54,637 nucleotides of DNA from Octopus sinensis (lineage: Eukaryota): the NCBI RefSeq assembly GCF_006345805.1, contig NW_021833781.1, positions 1 to 54,637 of the forward strand, given 5' to 3'. The notes beneath the pieces are model-generated. The model did no database searches. It was not told the origin of the DNA and saw only the letters and a list, made by a program, of their open reading frames with translations. Shown one piece after another: positions 11,168 to 24,516 of the stretch (positions are counted from its first letter, which is position 1; every line of letters begins with the position of its first letter). A program made the position numbers and the translations under genes.

Positions 11168-11670
11168 GGCAAAACACAAAATAATTCTACAGGGAACTGG
11201 GGGGAAATACCATTATTGTAAAAACACCTCCTTCCCAGCAGCAAACTGAAGATTTTTGGAAAAACATTTGGAGTAATCCAAATGAGTTTAATCAGAATGC
11301 ACATAGAATCAGGGACATAGAAGAGGCCAATGCCCACCTCAAATATCAAGAATGGCAGGATATAACAACCGAAGAAGTGTAAGCGGCGCTCGATAAGTCA
11401 AAGAAATGGAAAAGCCCAGGTGTAGATAAAATTCCAAATTTTTGGCTAAACTTTTTAATGAACACTCACAACAACTTAACCGTAGCATTCAATGAAGTCA
11501 TGTCTAACCCTGCGAAAACCCCAAAGTGGCTTACAGAAGGGATTACATATCTCTTACCAAAAACAGAAGAAACTACTAACCCACCAAAATACCGACCCAT
11601 AACATGCCTCACCACTATATATAAACTATTAACATCTATAATAGCAAATAGATTATATGAATTCTTGGAT

Positions 11671-12056
11671 AGGCGCAGGAATGACTGTGTGGTAAGTAGC
11701 TTGCTTACCAACCACAGGGGTCGGGTTCAGTCCCACTGCGTGGCACCATGGGCAAGTGTCTTCTACTATAGCCTCAGGCCGACCAAAGCCTTGTTAGTGG
11801 ATTTGGTAGACGGAAACTGGAAGAAGCCCGTCGTATATATGTATATATGTATATATATATGTGTGTGTATATGTTTGTCCCCCCACCATTGCTTGACAAC
11901 CGATGCTGGTGTGTTTACGCCCCCGTAACATAGCGGTTCAGCAAAAGAGTCTGATATAATAAGTACTAGGCTTACAAAGAATAAGTCCTGTGGTCGATTT
12001 GCTCGACTAAAGGCGGTGCTCCAGCATGGCCGCACTCAACTGACTGAAGCAAGTAA
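11671..12056 (+). mobile_element. SINE family A inserted in the R4-like RT
   Basis: Homology to other A copies. Confidence 0.85.
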
Positions 12057-12671
12057 GGACCAATTGCTGATTGCTGATTGATAAAATGGTCATTGGAAAT
12101 TGCAAATCCAAACGCAGAAACCTTAGCACCACTTGGATAGATTACAAGAAAGCTTTTGACAGTGTCCCCCATGCATGAATCATCAAAGCCCTGGAAATTT
12201 ACAAGATAGCTCCAGCAATTGTGAACTTTTTAAAAGTAATCATGACTTCGTGGAGTATTATATACAAGGACATACCACCTCGTCTGTGGTATCTTTGAAA
12301 GTGACTCATTATCACCATTACTATTCTTCCTCTCTCTGTCCACACAACTGAATAATGCTATGAGAGGGTATAAGATCTTTGACCAGAAAATTAATCATCT
12401 GATCTATATGGATGATCTAAAACTTTTCGCCAAAAACAACAAAGAATTAGAAGAGCTCCTGAATATTCTAAAAGAATTCAGTTCCGATATAGGTAAGAAA
12501 TTCGGACTTGATAAATGTGCAAAGACTACTTTCAAAGTAGGGAAGTTCATAAAGGCAGGAAACATAGAACTTGAAACCGTCACAGCTATTCGAAACCTAG
12601 AAGGTGATGGTATCCAGCGCTCTAAAATCATAGAGATCTACCAGGAATGCTACCGAAGGGGAAAATCTAGG

Positions 12672-13070
12672 CGTTGACGATAACGAACTGAGCGGTCTGT
12701 TCGGAAGGACTTTCGGGCCGGGGCCAATGGATAATTTCCAGAGGTCGCTCGCTTGGCAGCGCTACCGAGAGGCTCTGCCTGTCCGGGATAAACTCTACCG
12801 GCACGGAAGTGCCGTCAGCAGGGCATGCCCGAGGTGTTGCCAGGACGACGAAACCGTTTTGCACGCACTCGTCCAGTGCCCGAGTATTGCTGAACTATGG
12901 GTTTATGTCGAACAGCTACTGTCGCGTATAGGACGGATCCGGCTATCAGCCGAATCCATAATGAAGATTGCCCCACCGACCTCCTTTAATAAGGAGGGCG
13001 AGGCCGTTTTCCTGTGCCTAGTGGCTGTGGCGAAAGAGATTGTATGGTGGACCCGTTTGAAAGGGCTAAA
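12672..13070 (+). mobile_element. Tx1/L1-clade LINE C-terminal zinc-finger fragment
   Basis: ALPVRDKL...CPRCCQDDETVLHALVQCP (Cx2C-x7-H-x4-C, zf-RVT-like). Confidence 0.75.
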
Positions 13071-13289
13071 GTCAGAACTAAATGCTGCTAACAGAATTAA
13101 TGCAATCAATTCTTTAGCCATACGAGTAACCACATATAGTTTCGGTATCATTAATTGGAGTCTCACTGACACGCAGAATATGGATGGAAAGATCCACAAA
13201 ATCTTTACAAGTTACCGAGATGTAGACAGGATTTATCTTCCAAGAAAAATAGGAAGAAGCCTTCAAATCAGCATTAATAGGCATTGACA

Positions 13290-14110
13290 CGTACCTTAAT
13301 ACAAGTGCTGTGCTCTTACGAACTGCACTAGAACGTCGTTGCATTTTTCCTCCACTAACCCTCTATAGAACGCTAGAGTGGAACTAAAACCGATCGCATT
13401 GCCCGCCTGGAGGATGGCGGAGAGAGCTTGACGGCACTCGATGTGCCAAGCGCCCTTTCTCGGTCTACGTTTGATCCAGGTCTGTAGCTCTGTCAAAGAG
13501 ACGAGCTGCGGAAAGTCGCGTCTGACAAAAGACGACCACACCTGATCACCGTCTAGGAAACGCTTGAGATGTCGCAGCCTGAGCGCATGTCTGCGCATCA
13601 GTAACCACGGCATGCCAAGGCCTTCGTTCAGCGGTCGTTGACAGCAGATGGATCGCCTGACCAGTGGCACCTGACCCTTCCACAAAAAGTCGAAGAGCAG
13701 GCGTACCAGCTTGGCCAACCAGCGGTTGGGATAAGGGACGACGGTCAAGCGGTAATAGATGACGGATGCAATGTATGCATTCGCCACCTCTGCTCGACCT
13801 TTCAGGGACAGCTTCCTCTCGGCCCATTTCTGGGTGAGACGTGTCACCCTGCTCGTCACTTCTTCCCAGTTTTTATCCACCTGGAGGTCCGGACCGAACC
13901 AGACCCCGAGCAGTTTAACGGGTCCGTCTGTCCAGCGCCCTACAACGCTGTTGGACGGCATGGGCTTGCCTCTCCAGGTGCCCAGTTGCAAGCCCACAGA
14001 CTTTTCCGCGTTAATCTTTGCCCTTGTCACCGCTTCGTACTCGTTTAGTGTCTCGCCAATCAGGCCAATGTGCCTGTGGCTCGACACCATCACGGTGACG
14101 TCGTCGGCAT
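13290..14110 (-). mobile_element. Tx1/L1-clade LINE RT fragment
   Basis: YADDVTV...KINAEKS...LLGVWFG...LSLKGR...FLWKG...GLGMP. Confidence 0.85.
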
Positions 14111-14117
14111 AATAATG

Positions 14118-14177
<60 letters not shown>

Positions 14178-14531
14178 GATCACGAGCAGAAGTAGTGGGG
14201 GAGCATCATAGCCATGTGTTGAGAGGGATTCTTTGGGGTTTGAATAATTCACATCTGGAAACATGGGTGGTTCTTTCAACATCCTTAAACAACCCTTATT
14301 CAGGGACCGTTTGAGCGGGATGGGCTACTCAACCTGAAGAAAATTCTAACTGGGCTCCACCTGCAAGGTCATGTGCTGTTTATCTTGATATGAGATCACC
14401 ATGTCGCGCACATATGGTTGTGATGCATGTGCCTGGTGTGCCTTTATCAGACGGGTAGTCATGATGGGTATACTGGGCTTCGTATATTTTACCCCAGTGT
14501 CACTTTGATGGCATGAACTGCTCTCTCACTC
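14178..14531 (+). mobile_element. Left-truncated copy 4 of the 550-bp (AAT)n-embedded element
   Basis: Starts mid-element, intact right end ctctctcactc, (AAT)n both sides. Confidence 0.85.
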
Positions 14532-14562
14532 AATAATAATAATAATAATGATGATGATGATG

Positions 14563-14629
<67 letters not shown>

Positions 14630-14631
<2 letters not shown>

Positions 14632-15110
14632 GCCCTGATGCAGTACCAGGCAGTGGCTCTCGTGGTTTCTGATCTTAACTGATTGGAAATGTTATCATGT
14701 ACATTGTTTTGTCTTGGTATAAAAGATGGGCTACAGCAAATATTCTGCTCAATACCATAGATTTGCTTGTCAGTTGTTTGACCTTAACCAGTTGAGCATG
14801 TCTCTTAGTGGCTGATGATATAATTCACCTTTGGAAACATGGGTGTTTCGTTCAACATTCTTCAGCAACCCTTATTCAGGGACATTTTGAGCGGGATTGG
14901 CTACTCGACCTGAAGAGAATTCTAACTGGGCCCCACCTGCAAGGTCATGTACTATATATCTTGATATGAGATCACTATGTCGGGCACATATGGTTGTGAT
15001 GCATGTACCTGGTGTACCCTTATCAGACGGGTAGTCATGATGGGTATACTGGGTTTCGTATATTTGTACACCAGTGTTGTAACTTTGATGGCACGCACTG
15101 TCTGACACTC
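14630..15110 (+). mobile_element. Copy 5 of the 550-bp (AAT)n-embedded element (internal deletion ~14820)
   Basis: Both ends present, (AAT)n flanks. Confidence 0.85.
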
Positions 15111-16236
15111 AATAATAATAATGATAATAATAATAATAATAATAAAACTGGTACATCACACGCATTATCGATGTGAGAACTATTACTACCCATGTATTTT
15201 AATTTAACTTAAAAAAAAAAATGAACGAACTATTGAGTTTGGTTTAATGGCCTACCAATGTATACTATGAGTTTCTTTGCCCTAGGAGTCGGGAAGACAC
15301 TCGGCAAGAAATGGAAGCAAATTTGAAAGAAGGAAAAAAAAAGTAATAATAATAATAATAATAATAATTTTGTAGTGGTTCACAAGGGATGCGAAAGACA
15401 TTTAAGACAATACAAAGAGAAAGGACAGTCATGATTCACATTAAAAAATTGTGTAAACAATTAAAGACAATAGCAATTAACAAAACAATTTTTTAATGAA
15501 TTCACCAAATGCAGGAAAACGCCATTGAAGAGCAACCAAAGAACTCCACAGATTCCGATCCACCCCCAACTCACCAGGCATATCATGGCAATAGCTCCTT
15601 TCTCCACCTTAGTTCTTAGCCTACGGGTACCAACTTAGAGTCGACCCTCTCTCTCGAACCATTCTTGTCACATTTACTCATCTTTCAACAAATTTATTGG
15701 GAAGAAACATATTCCATCTCAGCTCTCATCTCTCTTTTCTAATGGAATTTAAAAAGTCGATGAGGGCTTGGCCGAAGAGGAAAGTATCTGTTTTCAGTCT
15801 TTTCAACCTCGTCCACTACACAGCCTTTTTTTTTTATTTTTTGGCCATAGCCACCAGACAGAAGAAAATTGCTTTCATTTCCCGATCAATATCAATAGGC
15901 ACCCATTATATTAATAGGTACCCATCCTTGGTCAACGCTTCATCCAAGAGTGCAACTCTGTTGAAGAGACAAGCTGCGGAAAAGCGCGTCTAACAAACGG
16001 TGACCACACCTGTTCACCATCATGGAAAACCTGGAGTTTCCGTAATCTCAGTGCATGTCTCTACATTATCAGCTATGGTATGCCCAGTCCAGCACCGCAG
16101 CGGATTCTGACAGCAAATAAACTCTCTGCCCAGCGAGATGCTTCCCCTCCACGAAAAGCAGATGAGTAAGCGCTTCATTTAGATTGGCCATTGAAACGGG
16201 GCAAGGTACGAAGGTCAAGCGGTAGTAGATGACAAA

Positions 16237-16471
16237 GGAAGGCGGCGAGCTGACAGACACGTGAACACGCCAGGCGAAATGCGTAGCCGTATTTCGTCTG
16301 CCGTTACGTTCTGAGTTCAAATTCCGCCGAGGTCGACTTTGCCTTTCATCCTTTCGGGGTCGATAAATTAAGTACCAGTTACGCACTGGGGTCGATGTAA
16401 TCGACTTAATCCGTTTGTCTGTCCTTGTTTGTCCCCTCTGTGTTTAGCCCCTTGTGGGTAGTAAAGAAATA
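16237..16471 (+). mobile_element. Full-length SINE family B
   Basis: 16-bp TSD ggtagtagatgacaaa at 16221-16236 and 16472-16487; tRNA-like head closing ggcgg/ccgcc. Confidence 0.9.
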
Positions 16472-16830
16472 GGTAGTAGATGACAAATGCAATCTAAGCA
16501 TTCGCCACCTCCACCAGATCCTTTAGGAATAGCTTCCTCTCAGCTCATTTCTGGGTAAGACTAGCCAACTTAATCATCATATCACCTCTTTCCAGTTCTT
16601 GTTCACTTGGAGGTCTGGACCAAACCAAACTTGAGCAATTTAACCGGCCTGTCCGTCCAGCGTCTAACGTTAAACCTGCCTCTCCAGGTGTCGAGCTGTA
16701 GGTCCACGACTTCTGGTTAATTTTTACTCTAGTCACCGCGTCCTATTCTCATCGAGTTAAGTTGATCATCTTGATTTGTTCGACGTTCGGTACAATCACG
16801 GTGATGTCATCCGCATATGCAATCACAGTG

Positions 16831-17098
16831 TAGGCACATGGCCAAGTGGTTAGAGCAGCGGACTCGCGGTCGAGGGATCGCGAGCTCGAATCTCAGACCG
16901 GGCGATGTGTGTGTTTATGAGTGATAGAAGGTAATGGCAAATTTCTGCTGACTCTTTTGCCACAACTTTCTCTCACTCTTTCCTCCTGCATCTTGCAGCT
17001 CACCTGCGACGGACCGGCGTCCCATCCAGGTGGGGAACCTATACGCCAAAGAAACCGGGAAAGCGGCCCTATGAACCAGGGATGGCTCGAGAAGGAAA
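16831..17098 (+). mobile_element. SINE family C2 (alternative tail)
   Basis: tRNA-like head; 15-bp TSD cata(t/c)gcaatcacag at 16814-16828 and 17099-17113. Confidence 0.85.
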
Positions 17099-17732
17099 CA
17101 TACGCAATCACAGATCTTCTGCATCCTAGTTCTGGCGGGGTACTCCTCGAAGCCTCCAATTTCTATAGTAGTGGCCCTAGAGTCAGTACATGCAGAAGTA
17201 CCAGTTGAGCACTGGAACCGATGTAATCGATTTTCCCCCTTCCCCGAATTTCCGGCCTCGTGCCAAAATTTGAAACCTATATTTTATGTATTCGATTAAG
17301 TCGAAGTGTTAGTGATAATCTACTAAACCATTGTGGGACGAATACATGTCGGTTCAATACTATTTAAGAGTCGATATTCCACTGCTACTCCACCTTTCGT
17401 GCTTGACAAGTAAGTGGCTGCCATGCAGATATGTAGCAATTTATCTCAAACACAGCAGCCACACGTTTGCTTTCTAAATTCTCAAATCAATGTTTTGCAT
17501 CCAAGTTGAATGCTACTTAACCAGCTTATATTTGGCAACAGTTCACCTCTTAATCTCTCAATTACTTCTAATATCTTTTACCACGTGTGAGATATCCACG
17601 TGAACGTTTGTCTAGGAAGAGAAGGAAAGAGAAATAGGCCATTAAAAAGAAATACACACAGAGACACACACACACACACATAAGAAACACAGAGAGAAAG
17701 ATAGATACAAAATAAGAGAAATACGTAGATGA

Positions 17733-17788
<56 letters not shown>

Positions 17789-17876
17789 AAAAGAAAGAAA
17801 GAAAAGAGCGGTGTAAGTGAGTCTGTCATAGAGTTCATCTGGGAGGAAGATTTAAAATAATAGCAAAATGTCTGTG

Positions 17877-18983
17877 TATGAGGCGTTGCTGAAAAGTTTA
17901 TGGCTTTAAGAGTATCGCGAAAGAGTAGAGCTGTTACATTTACAGGGGAAGTAGGATAAATATTTAAGAGAAGATATGCAAAAAAATAATGGTGGTATGC
18001 AATATATCTTTTTCCTTTTTGCAGATTTAACACTTGATAGCAACTCCTACAGCGGATTTTGGTAAATTTGAAGCACGGGCGATCATGAAGTTCCTCTTTT
18101 TGCAATGCAAAGGAAAGGCGGAAATCCATGGCAAGATGAAGGAAGTCTTAAAGGGTGACTGCCCATCTTACTCCACAGTGAAAACTTGACCATCAGACTG
18201 ATCACCAGCTTCCACGACCACAGAGGACAAAGCCGTCATGTTCCTCAAGGAGCGCTGGATTTCAGCTAAATTCATAGTTGAGATTCTGGGGATTTTCTGC
18301 AAAAGAGTTGGCTACATCACCCACAGCATTCCGGACATGAGTAAGCTTTCCGCAAAACGGGTGCCGAAATGCCTGAACGCAGATCAGAAACACATCAGAT
18401 GGACGACATCAAAGGCTATTTTGGATCGGTTTGCAGCGTGAGAGGCTGTGGATGAAACTTGGCTTCATCATTATGATCCCCAGACCAAGCAGCAATCAAT
18501 GGAGTGGCGCCACAGCGGTTCACCGCGCCCCATGACATTTAGAACCCAGAAGTCAGCTGGAAATATTTGGCTTCAGTATTCTAGGACAAAAAAGTTCTCC
18601 TCATAAAATACCTACCATAGGGTCGCACCATCAACGCAGAATACTACGTCTCTGTTGGACGAACTGCGTGAAGCACTGAAGCAGAAATACCGTGGAAAAT
18701 TGAACCATGGAGTCCTGTTTTTGCAAGACAATGCACCAGCACACATAGCCCATGAAACTCCATGGAAAATACGTCACCCATCTTGCTTCCCTGACTTAGC
18801 CCCCTCCAACTATCACCTCTTTCCAAAACGGAAGAAACAACGGAACGAAATTTCATTCCGATTCGGAAGTGACCTCTGCTTCAGAGGCTTGGTTGGAGCC
18901 CCAACCTTCTGAGTTCTTTTTACAGGGCTTAGAAAAACTGAAATCTTTTACCCAAATCCAGGAATTTTCAGGACCTCCTCGTA
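17877..18983 (+). mobile_element. Degenerate mariner transposon
   Basis: Imperfect TIRs tatgaggcgttgctgaaaa / ttttcaggacctcctcgta with TA; transposase remnants RVPKCL, DETWLHHYDP, LFLQDNAPAH, PDLAPSNYHLFP with stops and frameshifts. Confidence 0.85.
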
Positions 18984-19129
18984 TGCAACGCATGTTATGT
19001 ATGTAATATACGCCTGTACATTATGTATGAATGTGTTTCTTTCCTTTTAGATTATTTTAGCTCTTCCTATAAAAGAAGGAGCTGGGTTTTTTTTAACAAA
19101 GAAACAACGATGAGGAATTACATACAGAT

Positions 19130-19526
19130 TTCAAATTTTGGCACAAGGCCAGCAATTTCATGGAAGGGAGTAAGTCGATTACATTAATCGCATTGCTCAA
19201 AAGGTATTTATTTTATCGACGCCGAAAGGATGAAAGACAAAATCAACCTCGGCGGAATTTGAACTCAGAACATGAAAAACTGATGAAATGTCTATTTCTT
19301 TACTACCCACAAGGGGCTAAACATAGAAGGGACAAACAAGGACAGGCAAACGGATTAAGTCGATTACATCGACCCCAGTGCAAAACTGGTACTTAATTTA
19401 TCGACCCCGAAAGGATGAAAGGCAAAGTCGACCTCGGCGGAATTTGAACTCAGAACGTAGCTGCAGACGAAATACTGCTAAGCATTTCGCCCGGCGTGCT
19501 AACGTTTCTGCCAGCTCGCCGCCTTA
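19130..19526 (-). mobile_element. SINE family B multimer
   Basis: Full B unit followed by a headless B2 unit. Confidence 0.8.
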
Positions 19527-19996
19527 GTGAAGAGTTACATATTGAAATTTAGGAAAGTTTTGGATATTTTCAGTGCATGTATGTACAAATGCAGGCATTT
19601 CTGGGACAGCTGAGGATCATGTGGGTGATATCTTTTACACTGGCCTAGCACGGTCGGCATTATCTATTCTAACATGAAATTTTTGAGGCTTGCTAGTTTT
19701 TGATCAAGTATTTAGTAAATTTCTGCTGTTTCTGCATAGCGAAGTTGTTGACAGGATGTGATGTAATTATCACAGATCTAAGAAAGTTTACTCTCCTTAT
19801 AAATATTGTCAGTATCTTCCAGGATGCTGGATACGTACCCCTTGCACAACTTCCTACTGATATAACGTGTACTTCTTCCCAATGTATCTGATCATGTAGG
19901 TTAGTTCAGATAACTTTGATTCAGATAGAACAGTTCTACATAAAGGGCTCTTCACTTTCTCCCAAGATGTTAATATTTTCACTATTGAGTACACAT

Positions 19997-20168
19997 AGGC
20001 GCAGGAGTGGCTGTGTGGTAAGTAGCTTGCTAACCAACCACATAGATCCGGGTTCAGTCCCACTGCGTGGCATCTTGGGCAAGTGTCTTCTGCTATAGCC
20101 CCGGGCCGACCAATACCTTGTGAGTGGATTTGGTAGACGGAAACTGAAAGAAGCCTGTCGTATATATG

Positions 20169-20201
<33 letters not shown>

Positions 20202-20427
20202 GTTTGTGTGTCTGCGTTTGTCCCCCTAGCATTGCTTGACAACCGATGCTGGTGTGTTTACGTCCCCGTCACTTAGCGGTTCGGCAAAAGAGACCGATAG
20301 AATAAGTACTGGGCTTACAAAAAGAATAAGTCCCGGGATCGAGTTGCTCGACTAAAAAAAGGCGGTGCTCCAGCATGGCCGCAGTCAAATGACTGAAACA
20401 AGTAAAAGAGTAAAAGAGTAAAAGAGT
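19997..20427 (+). mobile_element. SINE family A (extra partial copy 20431-20530)
   Basis: Complete structure with 8-nt tail. Confidence 0.85.
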
Positions 20428-20459
20428 ATATGGTAGACGAAAACTGAAAGAAGCCCATC

Positions 20460-20516
<57 letters not shown>

Positions 20517-20594
20517 TCCCCCACCACCGCGTAACTTTTTGCGGCTTTTTGCCACATGCGTCTCCTAGTTTTTAGGCATAGTTTTAGCTTTTAG

Positions 20595-20723
20595 AATTCC
20601 GAGGTCGACTTTGCCTTTCATCCTTTCGGGGTCGATAAATTAAGTATCAGGGGTCGATGTAATCAACTTTGTCTGTCCTTGTAGGTCCCCTCCATGTTTA
20701 GCCCCTTGTGGGCAATAAAGAAA
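20595..20723 (+). mobile_element. 5'-truncated SINE family B
   Basis: Body and tail homology. Confidence 0.75.
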
Positions 20724-20885
20724 TAAGAAATTCAGCATCCATTAGTTTTTTTAAATAATAAGATAGAAAGTTTTCCTGTGAAACCTGAGTTTCCTGTGCC
20801 ATTAGCCAACTATTAGGTCCCTCTCAGGCGATTTTTCCAATTGGTAGTTTTGTAAAAAAAAACGTTAGTAGAGTCTCACTGGTAA

Positions 20886-21280
20886 TCTTTATATATAAAA
20901 GTGAAGTTGTGTGTCTGTCTCCTACGATTTAGATTCCTAACTACTCCCACATTTTGCGGTGCAGTTTAACCAAAACCGGGTATCTTATAGTCGTAATTCA
21001 TATCGAGCGCTTCTGGGTATTAGCGCGCGTCTACGATGAGTCTACAATTTAAAAAAAAATTACCATCATTTTTTCCATTTTAATGCATTTTTCGCTATTA
21101 TATAAGGGAAGTAACTCTCTAAAAATGTCTACGATGAGTCAACGATTTAAAAAAAATTTACCATAATTTTTTTTTCCATTTTTAATGCATTTTTTTGCTA
21201 TTTTTTGGCTATAACTCTCTAAAAATGCTTATATAGTTATTTCCCTTACAAACCCGAGCAATGCCGGGCGATACTGCTAG
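20886..21280 (+). mobile_element. Non-autonomous Helitron
   Basis: 5' TC after A, 3' hairpin acccgagcaatgccgggc then CTAG followed by T, no TSD; second copy at 46386-46785. Confidence 0.8.
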
Positions 21281-21573
21281 TGTTATATATTTTAAGGGTA
21301 ATGTTTACATAATTTCTCATTTCGTACCTCATTTAACCACATTAGATTCCAGTTGTGCAGCGTATTTACATTCCAGTCCTCACCCCGCATCAGTATCCTC
21401 TCCTTCTACGAAATATTCTATTTTAACTTTGATGTTACGATATACATTTTGAGAGTGAAATGGAAACCAATAGTTGATAGTCCTCCAATGTTTTTAGTTT
21501 TCTTCCACAACGAAAACTTTGACTTTCATTTTGTAGATCGTCTTTAATGGCAGCTGGTTTATTCGCAATTCTG

Positions 21574-21961
21574 GAGGCGCAATGGCCCAGTGGTTAGGGC
21601 AGCGGACTCGCGGTCATAGGATCGCGGTTTCGATTCCCAGACCGGGCGTTGTGAGTGTTTATTGAGCGAAAACACCTAAAGCTCCACGAGGCTCCAGCAG
21701 GGGATGGTGGTGATCCCTGCTGTACTCTTTCACCACAACTTTCTCTCTCTCATACTTCCTGTTTCTGTTGTACCTGTATTTCAAGGGGTCGGCCTTGTCA
21801 CTCTCTGTGTCACGCTGAATATCCCCGAGAACTACGTTAAGGGTACACGTGTCTGTGGAGTGCTCAGCCACTTACACGTTAATTTCACGAGCAGGCTGTT
21901 CCGTTGATTCGGATCAACCGGAACCCTCGTCGTCGTAACCGACGGAGTGCTTCCATCAATC
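21574..21961 (+). mobile_element. Full-length SINE family C
   Basis: Head gaggcgcaatggcccagtggttagggcagcggactcgcgg; 14-bp TSD tattcgcaattctg at 21560-21573 and 21962-21975. Confidence 0.9.
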
Positions 21962-22467
21962 TATTCGCAATTCTGTTATTAGGTCCAATAGATTTTGAAT
22001 AGTCGGTCATAGAATCACAGTTGGTCATTAATGATTTCAATATTCCTATTGCATCTAATGATACTATCTCGTTGCTCACTCTCATCTATCGATATTTTTT
22101 GGAAAGAAGCAATTAATTTTGGTTGTGTGCTATCACTTCAACCAATTTCTGTTATTCCTATCTGTTGGCAATGCCAAGTACAGCATACTACAATAGGATA
22201 TTAAAAAAACTGGGGGTTTCAATTTATGGTATATATTTAAGCAAGTTGGTCAATCAAAGATGACATCAAGTCAAAAGGGTTTCTTTTTTAACGCCACAAA
22301 CATTTACAATGGTTTGTTCATTTTGTGGCTTGTTAATTTAATGAGGTTTCCTCAAATCTTGTTGTAAGCTTTATTTTGTGGTATTCTTCCCTCTATTTGT
22401 TCGCAAACGGCCACCGCATGCCCTTGCAATGGTGGCAGTTCTATTTCTGTGTTATTGCTTTTGTGTT

Positions 22468-22738
22468 TTCTGTTGTGTCTGGGGAGAGTCATTTTCTTTT
22501 TGGGCCTTATAATGTAACACACTCACTGGTAAAATTTCCACTTATTTCTTATTTTTATTTTCCTAAAATTTTCGTTGCGTCTTGCAACCTTTTCAAGAGT
22601 CAAGACTATTGAAAAGGTTGCAAGACGCAACGAAAATTTTAGGAAAATAAAAATAAGAAATAAGTGGAAATTTTTACCGGTGAGTGTGTTAAATTATAAG
22701 GCCCAAAAAGAAAATGACTCTCCCCAGACACAACAGAA
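22468..22738. repeat. Long near-perfect inverted repeat (129-bp arms, 12-nt spacer)
   Basis: 22468-22596 is the reverse complement of 22609-22738 with ~3 differences. Confidence 0.9.
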
Positions 22739-23519
22739 TATGTTTCAACACACGAACTCATATAAAGAACCTTGCAAACCAAATCCAAAAACGAAATATA
22801 ATAAGTTTTTGTGCTTGTTTTGATGGCAACTCATTATTTTATCAATTTTGTGGAACGCAATATCTACTGGTCTGTTGACACTCATTTATTGTGCATTTTT
22901 ATGGCTGTTTTACTAGAGATAGTAACAACATTAACTTTAGAAGTATGGAAATCAAAGCTGTCTGCGTCGAATAAGACTATAACCTGTATCACATTGGCAG
23001 TACAAATACCAGCACCGACATTTGGATTACCAAACACTTCAAGAAATTCGAAACCAGAAGATCAGACGAGGAGAATATTAATCGACACCAGTAATTAATA
23101 AATATAGGTTGAATGGCATATTTCTTCTCAACGTACGTAGCTTGCTAGTGTAAGTGCTTTGTCCTGAAACGTGAGTAGTTGGAATATTTTCCATCGCAAC
23201 AGCTCTTCGTCCTCTTCATATAATAAATCAAATGGATCTTTCCTTTGTGTAGGATTGGTAGCTGTTCTGATTCAACTCAAAAGCCCACCTAAATTTCTTT
23301 TGATAATTCTGCGACCTGCGATAACTGACAAGGGTTTCTCGTCGTGTTACAGTGTATATCGATGTATAATTGGCTTCTTTAATTTCACCATTTGATTATT
23401 GCAACGGTTTCCTTTAAAGAGATAGTTCTTTGGATTTATCCAAAGAAGTTTGAGGATAATTTACATTACAGAAAAAGTTGAATAGTCCCCTCAGTAGGCA
23501 TGACTGATTTCGATGGCAT

Positions 23520-23850
23520 ATACGTATGTATGTATGTATGTATGTATGTATGTATGTATGTATGTATGTATGTATGTATGTATGTATGTATGTATGTATG
23601 TATGTATGCATGTATGCATGCATGCATGCATGCATGTATGTATGTATGTATGTATGTATGTATGTATGCATGCATGCATGTATGTATGTATGTATGTATG
23701 CATGTATGTACGAATGAAGGTATATATACATGAATTTATGTATGCATGTATGTATGTGTTTATAGATATATGCATATATGTATGTGTATATGTATGTAAG
23801 CATGTATATATGCATGTATGTACATATATATGTGTGTGTGCGTGTGTATG
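23520..23850. repeat. (TATG)n/(TGCA)n microsatellite
   Basis: Direct reading. Confidence 0.95.
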
Positions 23851-23852
23851 TA

Positions 23853-24362
23853 CCGTAAATCCTCGAGTATAATCCGCAGTTTTTCCCAAAATTTAAAGGT
23901 CAAAATCCTTAGTACGTATTATACACGAGGTTAAAAATGAAAATTATTTTCTAAGCAATGTTCAAGTCTCTATTTGCTGCCCGGCAATGTTTATTCAGAT
24001 TCATTTTGTGATGTTGGGCGCGAAAATACCTTAAGCTAAACCTGAAAGCAATGAAGTCATAAAAGAATCATCCATAACTTGCAGTAAGCAACATTTATTA
24101 AACGTTATTACTGTTATTTCTTTATTTTCTGCAAACAAAAAGCACAAAAAAGCTACACGTTTGCATTATGTTATATATACAATAATAATAAAGGACGTTA
24201 CCATATACAGTCCTACAAACCAAGGACGTTATATAGACCTCCTTGACTCAAGTTAGAGAAGGGGTGCGTATTATACACAAGGTTTAGGTTTTTCAGAGGT
24301 ACAGCCCCCTAAAAATCCCCTGCATATTACACTCAAGGCGGACTATACTCGAGGATTTACAG
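23853..24362. mobile_element. Tc1/mariner-pogo-type MITE, copy 1
   Basis: TIRs ccgtaaatcctcgagtata / tatactcgaggatttacag, TA flanks; homologue at 31576-32086. Confidence 0.85.
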
Positions 24363-24516
24363 TATATACGTATGTGTATGTATATACGCATATACTTTTA
24401 TATGTATAAATGTATGCGCATTTGTATGTATGTTTCATACATACCCTACCGTAGTTATAAATACAAATAGTATGGAAAATTTACCTGTGCTACATTGGTA
24501 CCATTGTCTTGTCCAA

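Larger units (their letters stand above)
8470..13270 (+). mobile_element. Fragmented, decayed R4/Dong-like LINE (N-terminal region, RT and thumb pieces), interrupted by SINEs and Tx1 fragments
   Basis: Motifs RRDILKNKRLTNSEI (~9923), KYRPITCLTTIYKLLTSIIANRLY (~11570-11660), WIDYKKAFDSVPH (~12135; second copy ~9363), INHLIYMDDLKLFAK (~12390), ELNAANRINAINSLAI...FGIINW...DVDRIYLPR (13073-13250). Stops and frameshifts are present; the 5' boundary is uncertain. Confidence 0.75.
15560..17197 (-). mobile_element. Older degenerate Tx1/L1-clade LINE fragment carrying two SINE insertions
   Basis: Reverse strand LHVLTLGPLL*KLEA..., then VIAYADDITV (~16800-16830), and collinear similarity to 13290-14110. 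Confidence 0.7.

Noticed and set aside
19700-19900. Possible exon (KLLTGCDVIITDL...)
   Set aside because: Candidate acceptor/donor pairs include stops; the opposite strand has weak LINE-RT-like wording; no supportable call.
21574-21650. tRNA genes (Arg-like heads here and in other A-D copies)
   Set aside because: Each is the 5' head of a TSD-flanked SINE with a constant downstream body; the cloverleafs are imperfect.
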